Positions 29,507-37,700 of a stretch of 64,000 bases of DNA are shown piece after piece. The stretch is from a virus. The DNA is taken from the UHGV virus genome UHGV-1351772; one strand, given 5' to 3'. The first letter of the stretch is position 1, and each line of letters starts with the position of its first letter. The notes under the pieces are model-generated. The model was given only the letters and a program-made list of their open reading frames with translations, was not told where the DNA came from and did no database searches. The translations under genes and the position numbers were made by a program.

Positions 29507-30015
29507 TATAAAACCTTCCCAGCCAGATTACCCAGCAACATTTCTGTAAGCGTTTGTATTTTTGGGGTGATTTGTTGTAACAAAGCGGGTTCCTCGTATT
29601 CAGGATACTTCACCTCCTCGTACCTTACAAGGAACTCTACCGCGCCAGGCTTTTGTGCACAATAACGTGCACCTATCCACTGGCCGTATCGTGTAAACCA
29701 GTACGGCTCTGTCGACACCGCTGTCACAAAAGCCTTCGCCACTTCCTGCGTCGCCTTTACATACTCCAACGCACGCTCACCCTCCAACAAGACGCCATGG
29801 CTGTTAAGTTCCCGTCCAATAAAATCAAACGTTTCTTGTAACGCGTAACGATCTAACCGCGGGAAGTACCCCGTTAACGCGTACTCCCAGACATAATTCA
29901 GTACCGTATTTAAATCGGTACAGACTTCGCGCAATATCGCATTCGGATCAAACTCCGTCAGCGGTCCGCAAATAAATTGATAGTCAGGTATGATAAAATA
30001 ACTCTCACGCACCAT
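29506..30015 (-). CDS. hypothetical protein (169 aa)
   Basis: Small-gene cassette member. Confidence 0.5.
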   Translation of the reverse strand: MVRESYFIIPDYQFICGPLTEFDPNAILREVCTDLNTVLNYVWEYALTGYFPRLDRYALQETFDFIGRELNSHGVLLEGERALEYVKATQEVAKAFVTAVSTEPYWFTRYGQWIGARYCAQKPGAVEFLVRYEEVKYPEYEEPALLQQITPKIQTLTEMLLGNLAGKVL

Positions 30016-30412
30016 ACGCTACCCCTCCTGTTGTAAACATTCGCCAAACGCCAGAACCTGTGTGGAACAGAAGAAAACCTTCATTCGGTAAAACGACCAC
30101 TTCTTCTTCAAGTCGCGCCCATAACGACACTGAATTCAGAAGCTCAACTTCAATAACATGATTAATACAGTAACTGTTCGGACTCTCCGATTCTACAATC
30201 GGATACCGCCGAATAATGTCCGCAAACAGCTCACGTACTGTAAGTTCGTCGATGCAATACTTTCGACGTAACACCTCCAGCCTAACGAGCTGTTCTACGT
30301 AATAATCTACTGTATCCGAAACATCCAGGTATTGAAGATACGCGGCGCGTTTTATTACCTTCAGAATTTCTGCAGTTGTCCACGGAAACTCAATAAAGAT
30401 CGTCATAAACAT
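30005..30412 (-). CDS. hypothetical protein (135 aa)
   Basis: Small-gene cassette member. Confidence 0.5.
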   Translation of the reverse strand: MFMTIFIEFPWTTAEILKVIKRAAYLQYLDVSDTVDYYVEQLVRLEVLRRKYCIDELTVRELFADIIRRYPIVESESPNSYCINHVIEVELLNSVSLWARLEEEVVVLPNEGFLLFHTGSGVWRMFTTGGVAYGA

Positions 30413-30821
30413 CCGTTACCTTCTTTGGAATAAAACGAAGAAAATGTCCGTCTATCCGATAATAAAAACGCCACCCTTTGGGAGGAATGCCCATTTCCTC
30501 ACATAGAGCACCACGGACGTAAGATGTTATCAGACGAACATCTTCCTCTGTAGACCGAGGTCGATAAGACCGTACTATCGTTGCAGCACAGTTAGCATCC
30601 CACATTCCCGATTCCGTAAAATTAGGAATGAGATACTCCAGTAGGGACAGTATGACATATTTTAACTGTTCAGCATCTGTCCCTGAATACGATGACAACC
30701 TTTCGTCCGCGAGTATACGCTGGTACGCCTTATACGTCACGTGATCGAGTAAGGTAATCCGGATCGTATCTTTTATCCGGGAAACAGTTCCGGTAGTGGA
30801 TAAATCGGATATCTTCTCCAA
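30390..30821 (-). CDS. hypothetical protein (start uncertain)
   Basis: Small-gene cassette member; 92-bp overlap with the upstream ORF in the track. Confidence 0.45.
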   Translation of the reverse strand: MEKISDLSTTGTVSRIKDTIRITLLDHVTYKAYQRILADERLSSYSGTDAEQLKYVILSLLEYLIPNFTESGMWDANCAATIVRSYRPRSTEEDVRLITSYVRGALCEEMGIPPKGWRFYYRIDGHFLRFIPKKVTDVYDDLY

Positions 30822-31269
30822 GACGAAGCTCCATCATCGCAATTTGACCTCTCGGTGTAAGGTGTGGTTCAATCTCAACCGTTAAATAAGGATTGAAAAC
30901 TTCCCCGACAGCCTCAAACCCTTCCCTAACTAAAGATTCGACCTCACACAACAAACCGTCGTAACAGTCATCAAACGCCAACCCCAGGAGATATGTCTTC
31001 GAACGTAGGACACAAACCTCACGTTCCTGTTCTGTTGCAACTTCACCAAACGCTGAACGATGGACAAGAACCTGACGACACTTCATGGTTTTAGGTGGTT
31101 TTACACGACCATCTGCAACCAGTAAATTCGTTAGGGTGTAAGCATCCGTGAACTGGTCTAAAAAATCCGGCAGCCGACTATTCGGCATTCTGGGAATTGA
31201 GTGAAAAATATCCTCTAATGCTGTGTGTATCAGTTGTACAGTAACGGCCTGTTTTTCTTTTACTGTCAT
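30730..31269 (-). CDS. hypothetical protein (start refined to ATG at 31269)
   Basis: Longest ORF extends to 31356, but the ATG at 31269 (MTVKEKQ...) forms an ATGA overlap with the stop of the upstream gene, typical coupling in this genome. Confidence 0.45.
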   Translation of the reverse strand: MTVKEKQAVTVQLIHTALEDIFHSIPRMPNSRLPDFLDQFTDAYTLTNLLVADGRVKPPKTMKCRQVLVHRSAFGEVATEQEREVCVLRSKTYLLGLAFDDCYDGLLCEVESLVREGFEAVGEVFNPYLTVEIEPHLTPRGQIAMMELRLGEDIRFIHYRNCFPDKRYDPDYLTRSRDV

Positions 31270-31589
31270 CCGCAAAGCGGAAGCGTAGGATGTTTTTTCC
31301 ATCGCTGCCCAGAAGTTATGATAAACTGTAGCTGGATTGAAGTGTATTTTGACCACGTTTGCACAACTCCATTTTTATAAGAGAAAGGACTACTGTGGTC
31401 ACGACCCAACGCACTGATCATAAACCACGCATCCGAACCAAAATATCTTTCTGCCACCTTCAACCGATCTCCAGGTAAATTGTGAACACCCGGAAAAATC
31501 AGTTCTTGTATCGCTTCTAAAATCTCCTCAGGACGATAGCGAACTGAATGGCTAGAGTCTAGCAGAAAACCAAATAGCACGCGCGTCAT
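31266..31589 (-). CDS. hypothetical protein (107 aa), first gene of the small-gene cassette
   Basis: Start 32 bp downstream of promoter motif c with SD aaggag. Confidence 0.5.
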   Translation of the reverse strand: MTRVLFGFLLDSSHSVRYRPEEILEAIQELIFPGVHNLPGDRLKVAERYFGSDAWFMISALGRDHSSPFSYKNGVVQTWSKYTSIQLQFIITSGQRWKKHPTLPLCG

Positions 31590-31620
31590 TAACGTTAATA
31601 CTCCTTTAAGGGAACATCAT

Positions 31621-31647
31621 TAAGATAATATCTATACAAAAAATATT
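31621..31647. promoter_or_regulatory. conserved palindromic promoter motif (copy c)
   Basis: taagataatatctatacaaaaaatatt upstream of the small-gene cassette. Confidence 0.55.
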
Positions 31648-31755
31648 CGAGTATAGTGCGCACAGGAAGGGCACAGAGTGTATTTTTTAGTAAGGCAGGG
31701 TTGGACTATTACCCGATCCTATGAACCGTTTTACAGAGCCTATTAGGAGCACGCA

Positions 31756-32568
31756 ATGAGCGTCATCGACTACTGTCTACGGAGAATACGTCGCGAAATT
31801 CCCGAACCGATTCTTCGTGCGGCTTTTGTACCTCAAAATCTTCGCAACTTTGGTGTTGCCAGTTCGCTGGACAATGAAATCACTCAAAAGGTTTTTCGAG
31901 AATACTTAATTCCTGAAGTCTCTCGTTTAGGTCAGTACACAGAGATCGATTTACAGGGTCTCCCTTTTGAAAATGACACACAGGATTACTATTCACGCAT
32001 CTATTACCTGGACGACATGAAAACCGGTGGACGTCCAATACTTGATGTCCATATGGCCGTCACGCCTGTGGCAGGACAAGCCTATACCTTGCCGCCTGCC
32101 GGGTCTTATTTAGATGGTGCAACGTCTGGTGTACTAGCCTCTACCCAATTTGTTGTGGATAGTCAATCTGCAATGCCACGCATTTCTTCACCTGAGGTGA
32201 AAAAGCTTGGACCTAACACGATTAAAATCAAAGACCCTGGCATGTTCGTTTATGCGACCAAACTCCAGGTTAAATTCGAGATGTCTGAAGACTTGAACGA
32301 AATCAAACCGGCCTTCTATCCGGTTGTTGCAGATATGGCACTCTACGCTACAAAACAATATATCTACAACAAAATGATTTTCGATATGGATTCTGGTCGT
32401 CTCGAAAACGGTATGGAGTTCGGTGCGTTTAAAAACGTCATCGAGGGCTATTCCGATGCGGGTGAAATGTTCAACGACAATTTACCACGTCTACAACGCG
32501 CAATGGTACACAACGACGACTCGGGCAACCGTTACAACTACATGTCAGGTGGTCGCTTCAAATCGTAA
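31756..32568 (+). CDS. hypothetical protein (270 aa)
   Basis: Plus-strand ORF ending at a bidirectional terminator. Confidence 0.55.
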   Translation: MSVIDYCLRRIRREIPEPILRAAFVPQNLRNFGVASSLDNEITQKVFREYLIPEVSRLGQYTEIDLQGLPFENDTQDYYSRIYYLDDMKTGGRPILDVHMAVTPVAGQAYTLPPAGSYLDGATSGVLASTQFVVDSQSAMPRISSPEVKKLGPNTIKIKDPGMFVYATKLQVKFEMSEDLNEIKPAFYPVVADMALYATKQYIYNKMIFDMDSGRLENGMEFGAFKNVIEGYSDAGEMFNDNLPRLQRAMVHNDDSGNRYNYMSGGRFKS

Positions 32569-32569
32569 C

Positions 32570-32622
32570 AAAAAAAAGAAATTCTACCCACTACTCGTTT
32601 CGGAGTAGTGGGTACTATTCTT
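32570..32622. terminator. bidirectional intrinsic terminator
   Basis: cccactactc-gtttcg-gagtagtggg hairpin flanked by an A-run upstream and T-rich sequence downstream, between convergent genes. Confidence 0.65.
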
Positions 32623-33003
32623 TCACTGCAACATATTCTTCAAATGACATGCCGTTCCTGTCGTCCACGCCACCCCATTACGGATGTTTTCAGGTTGTGC
32701 ATTCACCAATCTGCGTAGGCTAATGATATTCTCCGCAGGTCCCGCAATCGGTAACGTGTAGGGTACCGTCATTTCAGCCATATACTGAACGACATCTTCA
32801 AACCCTTCCGGTACAGACCAATCAATCACACTACCTTCTGGAATATCGTTGTATCGCGTGTTTTTATACTCGCCGGGGTGCATCACAAAACCCCATTCCA
32901 GAGACGAAAGCAGCTTCTCGTCAAGCTGGCTCCGAATCTTAATTTTACTCAATGCGTCCGGATGCACCAAAATCACGTCCAGTGGACGCAGTGTAGTATT
33001 CAT
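32623..33003 (-). CDS. hypothetical protein (126 aa)
   Basis: Minus-strand ORF. Confidence 0.5.
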   Translation of the reverse strand: MNTTLRPLDVILVHPDALSKIKIRSQLDEKLLSSLEWGFVMHPGEYKNTRYNDIPEGSVIDWSVPEGFEDVVQYMAEMTVPYTLPIAGPAENIISLRRLVNAQPENIRNGVAWTTGTACHLKNMLQ

Positions 33004-33022
33004 TTTTCTCTCCCACTATAAC

Positions 33023-33427
33023 TCAATGGATATTTGACAGCTTATTGGTTGCCTGGTACTGGAAACTGTATACCGCATCCAATAACACAGAGAAAGCTTC
33101 AACTAACGGTATCTGTTGACGTTTTACCCCGTTGGCTAATTCGCTCATAAACGAATTAACTAGTTTCGGAGTAATCGCATGGACTTCCGTTCGGGTAAGG
33201 TGGTAATTCGTACGTATTACCGGAACCTCATCGTTTAGTAGCAAAGCAGGTTCGTCAATGGATTTCATTTCAGTCAACCATGCTTTAAACTCGGGGTGAT
33301 TTGCCAGTATAGGTAAGAGCGTATACAGAATCAAATCGTCTAAACGACTGCGAACTAAAATCCGTTCTGGAAAGATGTTGTTCTCTAACAAACTATAAAA
33401 ATCGTAATGTGGTTCTTCGATGTTCAC
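33023..33427 (-). CDS. hypothetical protein (134 aa)
   Basis: Minus-strand ORF. Confidence 0.5.
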   Translation of the reverse strand: MNIEEPHYDFYSLLENNIFPERILVRSRLDDLILYTLLPILANHPEFKAWLTEMKSIDEPALLLNDEVPVIRTNYHLTRTEVHAITPKLVNSFMSELANGVKRQQIPLVEAFSVLLDAVYSFQYQATNKLSNIH

Positions 33428-33463
33428 GGTACCACCTCCTATAAATACATACCAGTACCGTAA

Positions 33464-33494
33464 AAATCAAAAAAAATGGGGACGTATAGTCCCC
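33464..33494 (-). terminator. intrinsic terminator
   Basis: ggggac-gtata-gtcccc hairpin followed on the minus strand by ATTTTTTTTG. Confidence 0.6.
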
Positions 33495-33521
33495 TAATCA
33501 CCCTCTATAGCTGATTTATAG

Positions 33522-33962
33522 TTATAGTAGCTCTACGGCATGACGCTCGTGGTAAAGCTCCGCCAACTGTTTCGTTTTAATCCGTAATTCGCCTCGGTCG
33601 TAAACTAATACCCGACCTGCGCCGTTTGTTCCTAACTCTGTGTAAAGTGCTAACCCGTACCGTCTTACAAATTCAATAGCTGGAAACGTAAATTCTTCGT
33701 CATCACAACGAAACACCAACATACACCACGGGCTCGGGTTTAAGTGCTTACGTTCTTTCCCATCCGCCCACCGTAAACTAAATTCATTTCGATTACGATT
33801 CAGCACCCGCTCAACAAATCGTTCTACTAACTTACCAGTCGGTCCATCTTTGGGTAGTGCTTGCCACACCGAGAAACGGCGTGACAAAAACGGTCGAATC
33901 ACCGCTGCTTCATCAAACGAATACCCCAAACACATCAAACCCTCAATGGCATCTATTTTCAT
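33522..33962 (-). CDS. hypothetical protein (146 aa)
   Basis: Minus-strand ORF; a weaker promoter-motif copy (acatctatctctaaaaattt, 34021..34040) lies upstream. Confidence 0.5.
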   Translation of the reverse strand: MKIDAIEGLMCLGYSFDEAAVIRPFLSRRFSVWQALPKDGPTGKLVERFVERVLNRNRNEFSLRWADGKERKHLNPSPWCMLVFRCDDEEFTFPAIEFVRRYGLALYTELGTNGAGRVLVYDRGELRIKTKQLAELYHERHAVELL

Positions 33963-34187
33963 TTTACCTGCTCCTAAAAAGTCGAATTAAAACGCTTAGT
34001 ACCAACGTTCATACAGGTAACATCTATCTCTAAAAATTTGCGATAAAAAAAGAATATACCTACCCCCTTTCGGAGGTAGGTACGTTCCCTGTCATCGGCA
34101 ATGAAACTACAGGATTAAAACCCTTCAGGGCATGAGAATGGGCGTTCTCGAAGGGTGGGCTTTTAGCTTTCGGCGGAGCTAAACTGG

Positions 34188-34835
34188 TTATCGGAGAGTA
34201 TCAATGGTTTTACCTTCATTGTTCATGATGTAAACCACATCCCCTGGATAGAAAAATTCGTAAGCATCATCGACGTGTAAAACACCGATCGCCTCGTCAA
34301 CCGAATGCTTACCACTACGGAGCTGATTCTGATAGAAGGTATCGCCATCTTCGTTGATCAACTCACGGATTAATTGGATTTCTTGAGGTGGCATCACATA
34401 CGTCATTTCACGCTGTGTAAAGCCACAAAACCGGCAATAGAAATTATTGCCAGGAATATAAATTTCGTCGACTGGCGAATTCTTTTCTTCGACGGACGGC
34501 ATACGCGGGTTAACGATCACCACACGTGGCACATCCTCTGGAATAGGTCGACCACCGATGACAACGGTCCAATTTGACACATTGTGCAAAAACGGATGCA
34601 GGTTGGCTAAGGTGCTTTTCTGTTCCTCTACGGACATATCAGTTAAAGCTGTATAACCCACCGGTTTCGGTTTTCTCGGCAAATCAATCGCGTTATCAAA
34701 ACACAATTCATTATCTTCGCCATTGGCGACTTTAAGTGCTTCTTTGTAAACACGGGACATTTTGTCACCCAAACGTACACGTTCGTGAACAGTGATGACA
34801 CGGTCGCCGTTAATAACACGTTTTACTGTAAGCAT
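34188..34835 (-). CDS. hypothetical protein (215 aa)
   Basis: Minus-strand ORF downstream of the 545-bp gene-free region. Confidence 0.5.
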   Translation of the reverse strand: MLTVKRVINGDRVITVHERVRLGDKMSRVYKEALKVANGEDNELCFDNAIDLPRKPKPVGYTALTDMSVEEQKSTLANLHPFLHNVSNWTVVIGGRPIPEDVPRVVIVNPRMPSVEEKNSPVDEIYIPGNNFYCRFCGFTQREMTYVMPPQEIQLIRELINEDGDTFYQNQLRSGKHSVDEAIGVLHVDDAYEFFYPGDVVYIMNNEGKTIDTLR

Positions 34836-35379
34836 TTCTGTTACCTCGTACTGTTACTACTACTCGTTCTGTTGTACGTCGCTATACCCCGACGTGTGGG
34901 TTAATGGGACGCGTTGACGTCTGATGAGGCGCAGCAGGCAGTGGCAGCAATGACAGCAAGGGCAGCAATGGTACAAACGCCAACGCGAATAAAAAACGCT
35001 ACTGATCAAATAAAACGACAAGGAAAGTATGAGAAACAAAGACCAGTACCGTCGAGTTAACGCGTAACTCTCAATTCACATTACAGGGTATTCACGTTGC
35101 ACTTAGGGGAAATACCCAGTAATTAAATTCTTGGTGGGAGTAGGTGGGAGGATACCCTCCCACCGTACCACCGTTTCGGCAGTCGTGCTACCAGGACCCT
35201 ACGGCCCTAAACGTAAGTCCGAACTTAATCGGTAGGTGTTTACACGTTTTTAAGGAGCTTTCTACCCGTGAGCAAGAGCAGAAAATATCAGAGCAGGCGT
35301 AACTCAGTTGAAGGCTGACGGGAAAATCTACCCAACATACGTCTGTTCTAATTAGGTTAGTGGGCCGAAGCCCACTGTT

Positions 35380-35640
35380 TTAGCCGTATAGGTAATCAGT
35401 GTAAAGAACCTCCCCCTCAGGATAGTGCGTTGTACCGAGGAGTGTGGCTTCGAGGGTAACCTCTTCCACATCACCATCCGATAACAACTCGCCAGTCCAA
35501 CCTATTTCGGATGGAAGAATTGCACATGCAGCTTCTTCCGTAGGGGCTGCCACAATCATTGCGGAATATTCATCCCAACCAACGTGGTCGGTTCTTTCTA
35601 CTAGATACAAGTTCATAATTTTCTCCCACAGATAACACAT
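35380..35640 (-). CDS. hypothetical acidic protein (86 aa)
   Basis: Small ORF directly downstream of the tRNA. Confidence 0.4.
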   Translation of the reverse strand: MCYLWEKIMNLYLVERTDHVGWDEYSAMIVAAPTEEAACAILPSEIGWTGELLSDGDVEEVTLEATLLGTTHYPEGEVLYTDYLYG

Positions 35641-35680
35641 CTCGTTTTCTGTGTTGAGAATGAACTTACTGGCTAAAATC

Positions 35681-35756
35681 TGGCGGGGGTGGGAAGTTTC
35701 GAACTCCCAACCTTCGGTTTTGGAGACCGCTGCACCACCAATTGTGCTACACCCCC
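35681..35756 (-). tRNA. tRNA-Trp (anticodon CCA), 76 nt with encoded CCA
   Basis: Hand-folded cloverleaf from the reverse complement: acceptor GGGGGTG/CACCCCC, D-stem GCAC/GTGC, anticodon loop CUCCAAA (U33, CCA, A37), T-arm GGGAG-TTCGAAA-CTTCC; anticodon and T arms nearly identical to E. coli tRNA-Trp. Confidence 0.8.
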
Positions 35757-35763
35757 TAATACA

Positions 35764-36264
35764 TCAAAACAGCTTAAGTGTTTGCGTTTGACCACCGCTG
35801 TACAGGTCGTAACGTTTCGCCACTTCCACCGCAGTGGGGGCGTCAACGCCAGCACCTAATGCACCCAGGGCATAGTGAGCACCTGAGCCTATCGCATACG
35901 GCGGCTCTACAAACACGTAACTGGCGTATTTGTTGTCTTTGCACTTCGAGGCGTCGATAACGCGTCCGTCTGTCAAAACAGCAAGTACGATAAAATCAAT
36001 CTGCTCGGGATACGTCGTTTCGAATCTAACTCCACCCCGTTCGATACCGCCGAAACGTTCAAGCGTGAGTTCTTGGCGCACGGATTGCAATGCGGCGACA
36101 TCACCTGCCAAACCGATCGCTTTCACGTCTTCACCCAAAAGCTTCCACGACGTACCCTCAGGCGGCGTGTGAATCTTACGGTATTGCGTGGCAGCACTAC
36201 GTTCTTCCACGGTGACTTGACCGTCGCAAGCTAACGTCTTTCCGTCGAAAACAATCGTGGTCAT
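35764..36264 (-). CDS. hslV: HslV-like Ntn-hydrolase peptidase (proteasome beta-type)
   Basis: MTTIVFDGKTLACDGQVT vs E. coli HslV [22 protein letters not shown] (catalytic Thr after Met); KAIGLAGDVA vs KVIAGFAGGTA; YAIGSGAHYALGALGAG vs IAIGSGGPYAQAAARAL; length 166 aa vs 176 aa. Confidence 0.7.
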   Translation of the reverse strand: MTTIVFDGKTLACDGQVTVEERSAATQYRKIHTPPEGTSWKLLGEDVKAIGLAGDVAALQSVRQELTLERFGGIERGGVRFETTYPEQIDFIVLAVLTDGRVIDASKCKDNKYASYVFVEPPYAIGSGAHYALGALGAGVDAPTAVEVAKRYDLYSGGQTQTLKLF

Positions 36265-36626
36265 GACAGATTTCCTAACTCATTGCCGACCTCCTGGTCA
36301 GCAGCTACCATCGAATTCGTGCAACGCGTAACATGTTCACGAATCGCTCGAGCCAAACCTTCACGAACGGCTACCAGGAGACACTCTCGATAGCTCGGAT
36401 AATGCGCAATAGGGCTAGGGATGTGTTCCACGCAATAACCATCGTGAACTTCCACCACTACCGTGATGTAAATCTCGACGGGTTGGTAAATCCGCACGCT
36501 CTTGATCAAATCAAGTAACGCTGGCTCCGTGCATCCCCAGTCCTCCGGGGCTTTTAACAGCACTGCCAACTCATCGAGCCTGTACTGAACATCCAATTCC
36601 ACGTTAGTGGTGTTTTTGGAATCCAT
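36261..36626 (-). CDS. hypothetical protein (start refined to ATG at 36626)
   Basis: Track start at 36710 is TTG; the ATG at 36626 has SD aggag 8 nt upstream; stop overlaps the hslV-like start (ATGA). Confidence 0.5.
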   Translation of the reverse strand: MDSKNTTNVELDVQYRLDELAVLLKAPEDWGCTEPALLDLIKSVRIYQPVEIYITVVVEVHDGYCVEHIPSPIAHYPSYRECLLVAVREGLARAIREHVTRCTNSMVAADQEVGNELGNLS

Positions 36627-37518
36627 ATTAAAATCTCCTGTCGTGGTCTGTGTCACACCAACAGGAAATCCTGTAAAAAAATAATTCAGCTGCGTACCGG
36701 CGTTTCTCAACGGGAGTACGCACCCCTCTCGTCTTTGCGAGCCGTCAAGCTAGAGGACATCACACTGCCAGCGCTACCTGGAGCAGGGTCATTCGACGCA
36801 ACGTCGTAATTCGCATTTTGGCCGCACCTCTGGGAGCGTATCCCACCGTCGGCTGCCCGCAGGTAAGTTCTACGGACCTTTCGCCAACGTCGCTCCCAGA
36901 GGCTGCCACGGTTCACTCGGATTTTCTCATGTGGTCCACGCGTCACTGATAGCGCGGGTTCCCCAACACTCGTAAGTCGGGGAACGGTACCGAGCACCTG
37001 AACTCTGGGGATTCCAAAAATCCCTCGGGGTAAGTACGATTCGCAAATCGATTTTCAAACCCCATAGTAAAACAAACTCCAGTGTTAGGCTGAACGTTTT
37101 GTTTTTCCCAGTACACGGCGAAATAAATTCCATGCACTCGAAAAAACAACCCCCAAACCAACACCCGGTCAGGGGGCTTCGAGCTCTGCTGAATCTTCGC
37201 AGACAGAAATCGTGTTTGAGCTGTGAGCAGTAAACTCCTGAACTCCGAAAAATCTTCGTGGTTGGATTTGTAAATCATCCCACGCAAATCCTCCGAACAT
37301 ACCATAGGGTTTTAACGTTCGAAAAAGGGGAATGGGTTTTACCCCCCTCGGTCAGGTGTTCAGGGTAGACCCCCTACCCGATCCCCCAGGTGGGGATTTT
37401 ACCCTGGTGAATTACCCCGGGTTCGATTTTCGGATTTTCTGGAAAATACCGCTCACCGATCCCTACCCCCTCAGGGGGGTCAGACCGAGATCAGATCTCA
37501 TAATAAGGATCGCGCGCG

Positions 37519-37680
37519 TTTTATATATATTTATATATAATATATATTATATATAATAATTATTATATTAATAAATATATTAATATATTTATTTAAATAA
37601 ATAATTAAATAATACCTAAAGGTATTATTATTTTGATCCTAAAGGAATAATATATTTATAAATAAATATATTATACTATA
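37519..37680. other. ~160-bp almost pure A+T core: candidate DNA-unwinding element of a replication origin
   Basis: Only a handful of G/C across 37519..37680, with internal inverted repeat aataatacc-taaa-ggtattatt, inside a 1.65-kb gene-free island. Confidence 0.5.
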
Positions 37681-37700
37681 CGCGCGTGCGTACGCACGCG
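37681..37700. repeat. alternating purine-pyrimidine CG palindrome (cruciform/Z-DNA-prone)
   Basis: cgcgcgtgcgtacgcacgcg: perfect 18-bp palindrome cgcgtgcgtacgcacgcg inside a fully alternating 20-mer, abutting the AT core; a shorter gatcgcgcgcg sits on the other flank (37508..37518). Confidence 0.6.

Noticed and set aside
35673-35855. 60-aa minus-strand ORF
   Set aside because: Overlaps the tRNA-Trp gene and the 3' end of the hslV-like gene; the tRNA cloverleaf explains the sequence.
36707-37305. Three overlapping minus-strand ORFs (96, 68 and 120 aa) in the gene-free island
   Set aside because: Arg/Gly/Pro-rich low-complexity translations from GC-rich repeat sequence, mutually overlapping, no SD-ATG context; more likely structured non-coding DNA or RNA.
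37400-37460. Possible second tRNA suggested by a gggttcgatt T-loop-like string
   Set aside because: No complementary T-stem, acceptor stem or anticodon arm could be built around it on either strand.
37519-37680. Possible CRISPR array or tandem-repeat locus in the AT-rich block
   Set aside because: No regular repeat-spacer periodicity; the block is a simple AT-only sequence with short palindromes, not 25-40-bp direct repeats with unique spacers.
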